Of a stretch of DNA of 64,000 nucleotides, positions 37,206 through 46,804 are shown one piece after another. Where the stretch lies: the IMG/VR virus record IMGVR_UViG_3300029288_000087. The stretch is one strand, 5' to 3'. A program made the translations under genes and the position numbers. Within the stretch, counting starts at the first letter, position 1, and each line of letters begins with the position of its first letter. The notes under the pieces are model-generated. The model saw only the letters and a program-made list of their open reading frames with translations, did not search any database and was not told the DNA's origin. The stretch is from an uncultured virus (IMG/VR IMGVR_UViG_3300029288_000087) (taxonomy: Duplodnaviria > Heunggongvirae > Uroviricota > Caudoviricetes).

Positions 37206-37345
37206 ATCGCCCCAAGCTGGTCTCTGACCTCCCCGACCCGCCCGTGCTCACGGAAGCGGACATCGAGCGCTTGTACGCGCAGGAGCGCGCGTGGACTGAG
37301 TGGCTGCGGGAGAAGAAGGAAGCGATGGAGGCGATCCGTGGCTGA
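37199..37345 (+). CDS. Small hypothetical protein
   Basis: Fills the gap between genes and overlaps both neighbours. Confidence 0.45.
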   Translation: MLDRPKLVSDLPDPPVLTEADIERLYAQERAWTEWLREKKEAMEAIRG

Positions 37346-39926
37346 CACGATGGTCAACGAGTTGCGCGCGGCCTCCCGGCTGCAACTGGAGCTTCGCTAC
37401 CAGCGTGGGAGTCTGCTCGACCTGAGCCCGTCTCCGCTTGCTGCGCCTGCCCTGGCTGATACGCCCATGTGGATCGAAAGCGAGAAGGGCCGGGGCATTG
37501 CAACGCCGATTGCGCGCGGGAGCCTGAACTACGGAGCCGCTGCGAAGCTCGACTTCGGGGCCACCGGAGCGTTCTTCTGCGCCTTCGTTGCGCCGCCTTC
37601 CGGTGTGGACCACGCGCTGTTCCGCAAGATGAACTACGGTGCTGGGACGAACGGCTACTGCTTCTTCGTTGGTGCAGGTGGTGGGTTGGTGTTTCAAGTG
37701 GGGGATGCGATAGGCAATGTTCTTGCGGTCAACAGATCGCTCACGCCCGAGATGGCTAGGATGCGCGCGAACACATGGTGCGTGCGCTGGACTGGCGGGC
37801 AGGTGTGGGCTGATTTCAACGGGGGGAACGTCGTATCTGCGGCTGCCATGGTGAAGACACCGACGCCAGCGGGTCAGAACTTCATCGTGGGGCGTGATGC
37901 GGTGGTTGATTTCGCGAACCCGTCGCCGCTGCTGGAGCTTGTGGCGAGCAACACGTTCCTAACGGCAGCGGAGTCGGCGCGGCTCTATTCTGACTGGCTA
38001 CGCGAGACGTATCCGAAGGATCTGGCGAGGCGTGGCTTCGTCTACAAGTACCCCTCCAAGAACGCGACCGAGTACGCGGCGGCGGGGATCGCGCTGGACA
38101 CCGACTTCGGATCCGAGATGAACGGCACCACGCGCCGGATCCGTGACCTGACGAACAACTACCCGGGGACGATCACGGGCGTCGTCATCCCGGGGCAGAA
38201 CGGGGAGGGGCAGAAGACATCTTCTACTAATGATGGTGTAGACTGGGGTGCGTTTACTCCACTAAACAGCGCGGCGTATTTCAGCCTGGAACACTGGCTC
38301 GAATTTCCCGCTGGAAACATTGCCGTGGGCTACATTGATTGGAGAATCAGTGGCGCTGACGGTTGTGCCATAGGTAACATCATTGCTGCTGCCAACCCGC
38401 AGAAACTTGCATTTCGCGTCATCAACGGAACTGGTGATGCGGCGACGACGACAGCACAGTTGCGCGGAGGAACGCGACAGCATTTGCTGTGCGTGTTCAA
38501 CGGCCCTGGAGCGACGAATCCGGAAAAGGGTCAGGTCTACATTGACGGCGAGTCGGTGCCACTAACCTTCGCCTCGAACTTCCCGGCCACAACGGCTAAT
38601 CTGGCAGCGCGCCAGTTGTACACCGGGCAGGGCCTTGGAGTGGCAGGACTTCCAGCAACGCATCACGGCCTACGTTTTTATTCAGGCGTTGCCCTGACCC
38701 CCACCCAAGCTCGCGCCGCCTACGTGAACAACTTCGCCAAGAAGCTGCTCCTTCGCGAGACTCTTGAGGACGTGCCCGTGTCCCTGGTGGCGTCCGTGGG
38801 AGCGGGCGGCAAGATCGGGCCGTGGGATGTTATCTATGGCACCTGGAAGTGTAGCGAGACCTCGGACGGCAAGAGGTGGCTGGAGTGCGTGACGGCTGGA
38901 GATGCTGTCGTGCCTATCCCGGACTGCTCGTTCGGTACGCACACCTTCTACGTGCAGAAGCACCAGTTGCCCTCTGACACACGCATTGTCCTGGGGACAT
39001 CGCGCTCGCCTGTAGGCACTGCGCTCGCCGGGTCGAATGGGTACTGCACGATCCTCGACGACAACCGGCGCGTGAGAATGAGCCGCTACACTGCGGGCAT
39101 CATCGACGCAAACCTGTGGGTGACCGCCAACAATTTCTACGCTGTGGACACGACGTACCAGTTCACCGTTGCGCGTCGCGTGTCCGATGGTCGCTTCCAG
39201 CAATGGATCAAGGGCGGCGCGTACACGGTTGACACAACCACGGGTGGCCCAGCGGCTGACGCGACGTACACGGGGCTGGCGTGGCTGCACTTCCAAGGTG
39301 GAGCAGGCGACAAGCTCTGCCTGTACGACCCTCGCGATCCCACCGTTGCGTTCAGCGTGTACCAGGGCTGCTTGAACCCCACGATGGGCGAATTGCCCTC
39401 GTCCGTTTTGCTGAACATGCTGCGCTACAGCGAGCAGTTCGACAACGCGCTGTGGACGAAGGCGAACCTGACCGTCACACCGAACGTGGCTGCGAGCCCG
39501 TTCGGTACGCCAAGCGTCGTTGACCTTCTCACCGCAACGGCAGGCGCATCGACAGCCGTCATCGGGCAGTCCGTCACCGCCAACCCCGCTGCGCAGTACA
39601 CGCAGTCGGTCTACACGAAGGCATCCGTGGGGACGGCCTTCACGCTGCACCTCGCAGACACCGTGACCGGCGAATGCTCAGCGGTCTTCAACCCGGCAAC
39701 GGGCGCGCTGACCACGCTGACCGCAGGAGTCTACGGCAACGTGTCGGCGGGCTCAGAGGCTCTCCCCGGCGGCTGGTGGCGCTACTGGATCAGCGGCTCG
39801 CAACCGGCAGCACAGACCACCCTGCGCTCGTACACGTCGCTGCCGAACAACGCGGACGCGATCTACTACTACGCAGAGCAGCTTGTGCAGGGACCGTGCG
39901 CGGGCGCTTACAGGGAGACGCAGTAG
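37338..39926 (+). CDS. Multi-LamG receptor-binding/spike protein (862 aa)
   Basis: QHLLCVFNG...QVYIDG...LRFYS; C-terminal NMLRYSEQFDNALWTK domain. Confidence 0.7.
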   Translation: MADTMVNELRAASRLQLELRYQRGSLLDLSPSPLAAPALADTPMWIESEKGRGIATPIARGSLNYGAAAKLDFGATGAFFCAFVAPPSGVDHALFRKMNYGAGTNGYCFFVGAGGGLVFQVGDAIGNVLAVNRSLTPEMARMRANTWCVRWTGGQVWADFNGGNVVSAAAMVKTPTPAGQNFIVGRDAVVDFANPSPLLELVASNTFLTAAESARLYSDWLRETYPKDLARRGFVYKYPSKNATEYAAAGIALDTDFGSEMNGTTRRIRDLTNNYPGTITGVVIPGQNGEGQKTSSTNDGVDWGAFTPLNSAAYFSLEHWLEFPAGNIAVGYIDWRISGADGCAIGNIIAAANPQKLAFRVINGTGDAATTTAQLRGGTRQHLLCVFNGPGATNPEKGQVYIDGESVPLTFASNFPATTANLAARQLYTGQGLGVAGLPATHHGLRFYSGVALTPTQARAAYVNNFAKKLLLRETLEDVPVSLVASVGAGGKIGPWDVIYGTWKCSETSDGKRWLECVTAGDAVVPIPDCSFGTHTFYVQKHQLPSDTRIVLGTSRSPVGTALAGSNGYCTILDDNRRVRMSRYTAGIIDANLWVTANNFYAVDTTYQFTVARRVSDGRFQQWIKGGAYTVDTTTGGPAADATYTGLAWLHFQGGAGDKLCLYDPRDPTVAFSVYQGCLNPTMGELPSSVLLNMLRYSEQFDNALWTKANLTVTPNVAASPFGTPSVVDLLTATAGASTAVIGQSVTANPAAQYTQSVYTKASVGTAFTLHLADTVTGECSAVFNPATGALTTLTAGVYGNVSAGSEALPGGWWRYWISGSQPAAQTTLRSYTSLPNNADAIYYYAEQLVQGPCAGAYRETQ

Positions 39927-39974
39927 GGCGACGGCGCGCGTGACGAAATTCGTAACACGGGGTACTATTCGGCC

Positions 39975-40601
39975 ATGGATGAGTTCACTTACGAAGGCGC
40001 TGGGCAGAGGCAATGGTCGGATTCCGAGCTTTTCCCGAGGGCTCCTCTTCAGATCCCGGGCATGGATGCCGGTCCTCCGCAGCAGACCTTCCAGCAGCCC
40101 ATGCAGCCGCAGATGCAGCAGCAGCCCATGGCTCAGCCTGGGCAGGGCAGTCCGCGCCAGCAGGAGCCGCTGTTCGTGGCTCCGGGGACCAACCCACAGA
40201 ACGACCCGTTCGCGCCCCCATCCGCTCGCAGCTACGCGCACCCCAGGCTTGCCCCCACGTGGCAGCACGCCTCTGTGGGGGCCGTTGCGGGCACGGACAC
40301 AGTAGATGCTGTGCACCGCCTGCTGGTCATCGGTCTGGGGGTGGGACTAGGCTACGCCGCCACGGGCAGCTGGAAGGGCGCTGCTTCGGGCGGGCTTCTG
40401 GGCATCGGCGTGAACCAGATCGGGCAGTTTGCGCTGACGAAGTCGCTCCCGAGGCTTCTGGCCGGGCTCGGCGGGCTCGGCGGGGGCGGCTACTGGATGT
40501 GGAAGCTCAAGGGAGGCCGTCTGCCTGCTGCGATCGCCAACCACACGCCGAAGTGGCTCAAGCCGTGCACAGAAAACTGCGGTGACGGCCCCGAGGAATG
40601 A
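39975..40601 (+). CDS. Membrane protein with Gln/Pro-rich N-terminus and glycine-zipper TMs
   Basis: GLGVGLG, GGLLGIG; AIAN near the C-terminus. Confidence 0.75.
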   Translation: MDEFTYEGAGQRQWSDSELFPRAPLQIPGMDAGPPQQTFQQPMQPQMQQQPMAQPGQGSPRQQEPLFVAPGTNPQNDPFAPPSARSYAHPRLAPTWQHASVGAVAGTDTVDAVHRLLVIGLGVGLGYAATGSWKGAASGGLLGIGVNQIGQFALTKSLPRLLAGLGGLGGGGYWMWKLKGGRLPAAIANHTPKWLKPCTENCGDGPEE

Positions 40602-40632
40602 TCGTACAATACGCGCCTCCGGAGGTGATCAC

Positions 40633-41679
40633 GTGACAGCAAGGAAGAGTACGGCAGAACTCGGTACCGAGCGGCTACTTCGTCCCGGTTGGAACTTCGA
40701 GATCGACTACGACGGCATCGGCGGGAACGTCCCAGTCGTTTTCACATGGCCCACGCCCGCGGTCCCGCTTGCTGTCAACACGCCGGATCTGTCGGTCCTC
40801 GACGATGAAGCGAGAAGCGATCCTCCCCCGGACGGGATTTCTCCCGTACTGACGAAGTTCGTGCCGGTCGCATGCGGTTCGACGATGCTTTTCTTCATCC
40901 CGATCGTACCTGCCGAGAACCCGGCCCCGGCAGACAAGTGGATGTACGTTTGGAAGATCCTCTTCCGGTGGCGCAGCGCCGCGGACTGGGTGCGCAACAG
41001 GCGGAAACGCAAGGCCTACCAGATTGGCAAGACGACGCTTGCCTGCCCCGATACGCGTGTCGATACCGTCTACGGGCGCATCAGCCAAGTCACGGGCGTC
41101 CAGCTCCTGGTTGCGGGCAACCGTTACCTCATGCCCGTGACGAGCGAAGCTATCATCTACGGCAAGCCCGAGCAGAACATGATCCCCGCGGTGCCACCTG
41201 CGTACCCACCGCAGCTGGACACGATCCTGCCCGACAGCGCATCGGTCCCGGCGAGCGCGAGCATGGTCGGGGCCTCTCCCTTGTACCCGGGCTATTCGCT
41301 GATGGCGGCTGGCGACATGCACACGATGGATCATCAGCAGGGCGTGCTCGATCCGAACTTCCCTGGCATCACGCCCGCTCCAGCAAATCCCAACGGCTTC
41401 AGGCCGACGCAGGCCACGCACCTGACCAAGTGGATCAAGAGCGCTGGCAACGAGTTCGTGGTCGAGGTCTTCAAGTTCAACTACGTGGACCCGGCTCAGC
41501 CGCAGACGTTCACGCCCCGCAACTGGGACTTCAACATCGCCGCTGGCATCCCGCAGCCGGGCTCCGAAGACTACCCGTTCAGCGTCATGTTCGGCATCGG
41601 TGGGCAATCGTCCGTGCCCGCGCATACGATCACCCCGTACACAGGCGTGAGGGTTGTATCGGGCCTCGCGCCGTTGTAG
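40633..41679 (+). CDS. Pro-rich putative virion protein
   Basis: RBS GGAGGT with GTG start. Confidence 0.7.
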   Translation: MTARKSTAELGTERLLRPGWNFEIDYDGIGGNVPVVFTWPTPAVPLAVNTPDLSVLDDEARSDPPPDGISPVLTKFVPVACGSTMLFFIPIVPAENPAPADKWMYVWKILFRWRSAADWVRNRRKRKAYQIGKTTLACPDTRVDTVYGRISQVTGVQLLVAGNRYLMPVTSEAIIYGKPEQNMIPAVPPAYPPQLDTILPDSASVPASASMVGASPLYPGYSLMAAGDMHTMDHQQGVLDPNFPGITPAPANPNGFRPTQATHLTKWIKSAGNEFVVEVFKFNYVDPAQPQTFTPRNWDFNIAAGIPQPGSEDYPFSVMFGIGGQSSVPAHTITPYTGVRVVSGLAPL

Positions 41680-41704
41680 TAGTTGGACGATAGGAGAACC
41701 GAAC

Positions 41705-42163
41705 ATGGCGAAAGAACTCAACCCATCCCAGTACGGCATTTTTGCCGGTTCCGAAGCGCTCGGCGATATGGACGACCCCGCTCCTTCGAGCGATGGGACC
41801 GGCTACAAGAAGCGCCGCTACTGCGAGTATTGCTCTGCGGTCAATCAGGTCGAGATGACATGGGCGGAGCTGTACTGCTTGAGCTACGGCCTGCTGCCGC
41901 AGCAGGTTGGCCAGAGGATCCACAGGCCCGACATCTTCCCGACCATCTGGCAGTACAACCAGAAGCACCAGTGCTTTCACCCGCGCGCGTTCTGCCAGTG
42001 CGGCGACCCTCGCGCGATGCTGCTGTTCGACATGACCCCGACCGAAGCCGAACGGCTCGTGAGCACGGCGGCGCGCAACGGCGTCATGTCGCAGGAGCAG
42101 AAGGCCATCATCGGCGGCATCCAGCCGGTCGTCACAGAGCTTTCGGCCAACCGGCGGGGGTAG
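41705..42163 (+). CDS. Hypothetical Cys-containing protein
   Basis: YGIF...ALG N-terminus; CEYC; ends SANRRG. Confidence 0.75.
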   Translation: MAKELNPSQYGIFAGSEALGDMDDPAPSSDGTGYKKRRYCEYCSAVNQVEMTWAELYCLSYGLLPQQVGQRIHRPDIFPTIWQYNQKHQCFHPRAFCQCGDPRAMLLFDMTPTEAERLVSTAARNGVMSQEQKAIIGGIQPVVTELSANRRG

Positions 42164-42166
42164 TTC

Positions 42167-42676
42167 GTGGTCGAGCGAGCAATCTCCGACGAAGAAGCGT
42201 GGGAGGTGCTGGAGCCTCACTGGCGGCTCGTCACCGAACGGTTCGAGAGGAAGGGCTTCGACGTGGACGGCTTCGGTCGGTTGGTGATCGATAGCTCGGC
42301 GCACGACTCGTGCAGGCACTTCGCCAAGACGTACACGGACGCGAGCGAGGTCATGCTCGCCCCCGAGATGGTGCACCTGCCCGTGCCGTCGATCCAGGCC
42401 ATCATGGCTCACGAGCTGGGCCACGTTGTGGATGTGTCCAGGCCTGGGTACTGCTGGTACCGCAAAGGGGCGCTGGTCATCCTGCCCGAGCTTCCATCGA
42501 AAGGACTCCGCAAGCTCCTGCGTCAGTGGCAAGAGCGATCGGACGATGAGGTGGAGCGTGTGGCCGATGCGATTGCAGAGGTCGCAATGGGGCAAAAGAT
42601 CGGCTATGTTGGCTCAAGCTCCTGCCTCGTCGAATGTCTCGGCAAGGGCAAGGCGCGACCAAAGGGGCTTCGATGA
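42167..42676 (+). CDS. Putative Zn metalloprotease
   Basis: AHELGH...EVERVAD. Confidence 0.65.
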   Translation: MVERAISDEEAWEVLEPHWRLVTERFERKGFDVDGFGRLVIDSSAHDSCRHFAKTYTDASEVMLAPEMVHLPVPSIQAIMAHELGHVVDVSRPGYCWYRKGALVILPELPSKGLRKLLRQWQERSDDEVERVADAIAEVAMGQKIGYVGSSSCLVECLGKGKARPKGLR

Positions 42677-43044
42677 ACAATAGCAGCGTCGATACGAAAG
42701 AGGCGGAGAGCGCGCCCGTTTTTCCGGCGAGCGTTATCGGTGCGATGGCCGATGCGGTGAAGGATGATGAGTCCGAGCCGATGTCGGACGAGGAGTTCTG
42801 GGCGAAGCTGACGGAGATGGCCACCCGGCTCGTCAAGCTCTGTGAAATCGAGCGCGACGTGATCAACGCGCACGAGCAGCGTGTCCTGGCTGCGCGAAGG
42901 TTTGCCGCAGCGATGAAGCGCGGGGACAAGCAGGACGCGACCGCGCAGCTGATTCGGTGGAGTCAGCTTGCCCCTCGCGTCGAGCATCACACCAGCCGTC
43001 TGACCACCGCGGCAGCGGAAGCACTTGCCGAGATCGAGGGTTGA
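42673..43044 (+). CDS. Hypothetical helical protein
   Basis: ATGA coupling. Confidence 0.65.
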   Translation: MNNSSVDTKEAESAPVFPASVIGAMADAVKDDESEPMSDEEFWAKLTEMATRLVKLCEIERDVINAHEQRVLAARRFAAAMKRGDKQDATAQLIRWSQLAPRVEHHTSRLTTAAAEALAEIEG

Positions 43045-43046
43045 GG

Positions 43047-43499
43047 ATGGACGCCGATCGCATCACGGGGAATCTGTGGGTGGGCAGCGCGCCTCCGCCG
43101 AGTACGGGGCTTCGCCAGAAGTTCGACGTGCTCGTGCTGTGCGCGGAGGAGTACCAGCCGAAGTCGTACAACTTCCCGGGCGTGACCGTTGTGCATGCGG
43201 GGTTCGACGACACGCAGGAGCTGAGCCGCAAGGACAAGCAGGTTGTGCAGTCCGCGGCGTACCTCGTTCGGCAAGCGCTCGACCGGAACATGCGTGTACT
43301 TGTCACCTGTCACGCCGGGCTCAACCGTTCAGCGCTTGTCGCGGGGCTCGCGCTGCGGCTCCCCGGGCGCGGGCGGTCCACGCCTTCCTGTATGAATGGG
43401 GACGAGGTCGTGCACTTGCTGAAGTCGCGACGCGACCCCAACGCGCTGATGAACCCCCTCTTCCAGAAGATCGTTCGGCGGGCTCAGGTGTGTCGATAG
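43047..43499 (+). CDS. Dual-specificity / tyrosine phosphatase family protein
   Basis: NLWVGS, FDD and VLVTCHAGLNRS (CX5R) motifs. Confidence 0.85.
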   Translation: MDADRITGNLWVGSAPPPSTGLRQKFDVLVLCAEEYQPKSYNFPGVTVVHAGFDDTQELSRKDKQVVQSAAYLVRQALDRNMRVLVTCHAGLNRSALVAGLALRLPGRGRSTPSCMNGDEVVHLLKSRRDPNALMNPLFQKIVRRAQVCR

Positions 43500-43549
43500 A
43501 TTGTTCGATACCCGGCCTTGACGCCGCGCGATCGATGCGTACTATGCGG

Positions 43550-43610
43550 GTAGCAGCTTGCTCCTGCTTGAGTGGCCCGATCGCCCGCAACGGCGATCGG
43601 GCTTCTCGCT
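43550..43610 (+). ncRNA. Putative ~55-60 nt small RNA
   Basis: TTGACG-16-TACTAT promoter (43518-43545) followed by a terminator-like hairpin with no credible ORF. Confidence 0.5.
43575..43608 (+). terminator. Intrinsic terminator-like hairpin
   Basis: GCCCGATCGCC-cgcaac-GGCGATCGGGC (11-bp stem) followed by TTCTC. Confidence 0.65.
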
Positions 43611-43648
43611 ATTTGGGGTTCTGAGCGCCATCGCGTAGAATCAGGGGC

Positions 43649-44188
43649 ATGCCGCTCCTCCTGACGAACGACGGGACCGCCTCCCTGGGCACTTTCAAGG
43701 GCACCCCGCAAACCGTTGCGCTGATGCGGGACTACGCGCTCGGCCCTGATGGCGAGCAGAACTTCTTCGTGCGGCAGTGCACAGAAGCGATCATCCGGGA
43801 CGTTTCGCCCAAGGACTACCTCTCCGAGATCCTGGCGCTGTACGGCTGGGCGAAGTCGCCCTTCCTGCGGTACACGAACGACGCGCTGCATGTCGAGCAG
43901 GTGAAGTCTCCCTTCCGGGTCCTCACCGAGGTCCAGAAGACCGGCAAGGCCCTGGTGGACTGCGACTGCGTGACCGTGCTGCTCGCGACCATGGGGCTCG
44001 TGCTGGGCAGGGAAGTCGAGTTCGTCGTGGCGGGGTTCATGACCCCCGGCGTTTACACCCACGTGTTCCCTAGAATCCGTGAGCCGCGAAGCAAGGAATG
44101 GATCATCCTGGACACAGTTGCGGGCACCCGGGACGCTGAGATGGCCAGAAAGATCGTCACTTTCAAGACGTACCCCGTGGATTCCTGA
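43649..44188 (+). CDS. Transglutaminase-like cysteine protease
   Basis: DCDC...THVF...WIILD (Cys-His-Asp triad). Confidence 0.75.
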   Translation: MPLLLTNDGTASLGTFKGTPQTVALMRDYALGPDGEQNFFVRQCTEAIIRDVSPKDYLSEILALYGWAKSPFLRYTNDALHVEQVKSPFRVLTEVQKTGKALVDCDCVTVLLATMGLVLGREVEFVVAGFMTPGVYTHVFPRIREPRSKEWIILDTVAGTRDAEMARKIVTFKTYPVDS

Positions 44189-44236
44189 GCGTGTCGAAAC
44201 TTTGAGGATCTGGGGTTGCAGTATAGAATCTGCGCC

Positions 44237-44581
44237 ATGACCACAGTGTTTATCCCGGCGAAGAAGGCTCCGAGGACGCGGCTTTCCGGTTTCGGCGGCG
44301 TTTCGAGCCAGTCAATCTTCATGGCGACAAATAGGCCGAAGCCGATTCCTCGCGGGATGGGCGCGGCTGACGGCGCGGCGCTGGTGTCCGCAGCTCTGCG
44401 TCGTCCGCTTCAGGGTCTCGGCGCGCAGATGATCGCGGCCAAGTTCAACCCGATCCAGGCGCAGTTCACGCCCGTGAGCACGTCTACAGACGGCGGCTCC
44501 ACGACGGCGTGGCTGATCGGCGGGGTGGTCATCATCGCAGCGGTTGGTGGGCTCGTCTACCTGAGCACGAGGAAGAGGTAG
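44237..44581 (+). CDS. GLG-motif protein with C-terminal TM
   Basis: RGMG, LQGLG, TM, RKR. Confidence 0.8.
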   Translation: MTTVFIPAKKAPRTRLSGFGGVSSQSIFMATNRPKPIPRGMGAADGAALVSAALRRPLQGLGAQMIAAKFNPIQAQFTPVSTSTDGGSTTAWLIGGVVIIAAVGGLVYLSTRKR

Positions 44582-44585
44582 CGTC

Positions 44586-45458
44586 ATGAAGGTAGCCCGC
44601 TTCGGCCCTACTCCGATTTGCGGCGAGCCGCCCGCTGTGCCGAGTCCGTACGACGTGCAGCCCGGCGGCATGAACATGCAGGCGATGAGGCAAAGTACCA
44701 TGCAATACGGAAGGCAGCTTCGTGGGCTCGGGGGCGGAGGCCACCATGGGGGCGGCGGTCATCACGGTGGGGGTGGCCACGGTGGCGGCGGAGGTCACCA
44801 CTGGGGTGGCGGCGGGATGTACTGGGGTGGCTACCCGTACTACGACGGTCCGCGCACGGGCTTCTTCGAGACCGTGGTTGCCGACTGCGGTCCGAACTGC
44901 ATCTGGGACGGCTACTCATGCCTGTGCCCGGACATGCCTCCGAAGCCGATCAAGCCCGAGGCCCCTGCCGCGGTGAAGGGTCTGCTCGGCCTGGGCGCGG
45001 TGCCACGATCGAAGTACCACCACGACTCGTGGTCGGGCGACGATCCCGCGGTGCTCGAAGCCGATGAGCAGGACGACGCGGTCGGCAACGGCATCTTCGA
45101 CGGCGCGGGCGCGGCCCCTGTGCAGCACGCTGGCAACGGCGTGTTCGAGGCGAGCTACGCGGAGCCGGGCTACCTCTACAGGGAGCGCTTCGGGCAGCCC
45201 AGCGAGATCCTGGACGCGACAACGGGCAACCCCATCGTCTACCACCCCAACGCGGGACAGTCCTCGCACGAAGACATCCTGCGCACGTATCGCAGGTGGG
45301 ACCTGGAGACGCCGCGGCACTACGGTCCCGCGCGCACGCCGCTCCAGGGGCTCGGGCAAGGGGCTTCCGAGACGACAGCTCTTCTGCCGTACGCCGTGGG
45401 AGGGATCCTTCTCGGCGTCGCGGCAGGCATCCTCTACACGGTCGTGAAAGGCAAGTGA
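44586..45458 (+). CDS. GLG-motif protein with Gly/His tract and C-terminal TM
   Basis: LRGLG, LLGLG, LQGLG; GNGIFD / GNGVFE. Confidence 0.8.
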   Translation: MKVARFGPTPICGEPPAVPSPYDVQPGGMNMQAMRQSTMQYGRQLRGLGGGGHHGGGGHHGGGGHGGGGGHHWGGGGMYWGGYPYYDGPRTGFFETVVADCGPNCIWDGYSCLCPDMPPKPIKPEAPAAVKGLLGLGAVPRSKYHHDSWSGDDPAVLEADEQDDAVGNGIFDGAGAAPVQHAGNGVFEASYAEPGYLYRERFGQPSEILDATTGNPIVYHPNAGQSSHEDILRTYRRWDLETPRHYGPARTPLQGLGQGASETTALLPYAVGGILLGVAAGILYTVVKGK

Positions 45459-45459
45459 C

Positions 45460-45834
45460 ATGGACGGCCTTGGCTCATACTTCAAGTCCTCGCCTCTCGA
45501 CGGCGTTGCGATGGGTGCCTACTACGCTTCGCCGGTCCCGGCGATCGTCGCGCCCACCCCGATCCTCACCAAGTCGATCCAGCCCATCTCGTCTCTCGCA
45601 GGGACGAGCGGTCTGAGTTCGTTCGGGACAGGATCAATCCTGACCGTGGTGATTGCTGCGGCAGCCGGGTACTTCGTCGGCAAGCAGCTGGGCTACCCGG
45701 TCGCAGGCGCAGTCGCAACGGGGCTGCTCGGCTTGCCCGGCATGCTCGGCGTTGCGGTGTACTCCTCCTACAAGAGGAAGGGGCTCGCGGTTGCCAACCG
45801 CCGTCGCAGCCGTCGTCGTAGGAGCCGCCGATGA
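45460..45834 (+). CDS. Two-TM protein with AN-Arg tail
   Basis: MDGLG...AVANRRRSRRRRSRR. Confidence 0.8.
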   Translation: MDGLGSYFKSSPLDGVAMGAYYASPVPAIVAPTPILTKSIQPISSLAGTSGLSSFGTGSILTVVIAAAAGYFVGKQLGYPVAGAVATGLLGLPGMLGVAVYSSYKRKGLAVANRRRSRRRRSRR

Positions 45835-46448
45835 GCAAGAATCTCGCATGCTCGAACTGGTGCCAGTTGAACAGCAAGGGCAGCAGCGACGCGTACCTGC
45901 TGTGCCTCAACAAGTGCCCGCAGGAAGGCGTGAAGTGGTCGCCGCCGTCCTCGCTCACGTTCACGGGCAAGACGACTTCCGGGGTCAGCGTGCCCAGCCC
46001 GGTGGCCACGGCCTCCAAGACGATCTCGTCTTCGTCGATCACCCGGCTGCTTCCGACGAAGCCCGCGCCCAGCTTGGTCATCGCGGGCAAGGCCTCTTCG
46101 GCGACCGCTGAGCAGAGCGCGCCGCTTCCCGACAGCATCTCCCCGTCGCTGGACCCGGGCCCAGGTCCGGGGATGGAGGCTGAGCTTCCGCCGTCCTGGC
46201 TTTCGCAAAACAAGCTGCTGGTCGCGGGGATCGCAGCCGCTGCCATCTTCGCGGGCGTGATGGTCGTGAGAAGCCGGAAGCGCGCTGTGGCGAATGGGGT
46301 AGCGTGGATCGACCGCCTGATTGCCCAGCTGGATGAGCCCAGCAAGCCGATAACGAAAGCCGAGATGAGGGCTCTCAAAGCCAAGCTCAGGAAGCGATTC
46401 AAGCCCGAGACGGGAAAGAGGAAGCGTCAGAAGAGGAGCGGTAGATGA
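45831..46448 (+). CDS. Cys-module protein with TM, AN motif and basic tail
   Basis: RKRAVANG...KRKRQKRSGR. Confidence 0.8.
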   Translation: MSKNLACSNWCQLNSKGSSDAYLLCLNKCPQEGVKWSPPSSLTFTGKTTSGVSVPSPVATASKTISSSSITRLLPTKPAPSLVIAGKASSATAEQSAPLPDSISPSLDPGPGPGMEAELPPSWLSQNKLLVAGIAAAAIFAGVMVVRSRKRAVANGVAWIDRLIAQLDEPSKPITKAEMRALKAKLRKRFKPETGKRKRQKRSGR

Positions 46449-46801
46449 ACGCACTTGGAGCAGCCTTTGGCATATACGACCCTGCAAAAGTCGTTCGCGC
46501 GGCGAAGAACTTCATGGCCGTCACGGGCGGCGACGTGTCCACGCATGTCGTTGCAGCGCGGGCAGGGCTTCGCGGTCTCGGTGCGGATCCTGCCCCGGCC
46601 CCGGCTCCTGCAACGAGCACGGCAGGGGCGGGCACGGTGCTCGCCGTTGTGGGCGGGATCGTGCTGGTGGTGGTCGCGCTACGCGGGGCAGCGGGCTGGT
46701 ACATCGGCAAGCAGTTCAAGCGCCCGTATCTGGGGATCGCCGCGGGTGCGATCGGCGGCGCTCCTGGTCTCGGAATCCTTTCTCTCTTCCCCGGTAGGTG
46801 A
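46445..46801 (+). CDS. GLG-motif two-TM protein
   Basis: LRGLG; TM hairpin similar to 45460..45834. Confidence 0.8.
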   Translation: MNALGAAFGIYDPAKVVRAAKNFMAVTGGDVSTHVVAARAGLRGLGADPAPAPAPATSTAGAGTVLAVVGGIVLVVVALRGAAGWYIGKQFKRPYLGIAAGAIGGAPGLGILSLFPGR

Positions 46802-46804
46802 TTC

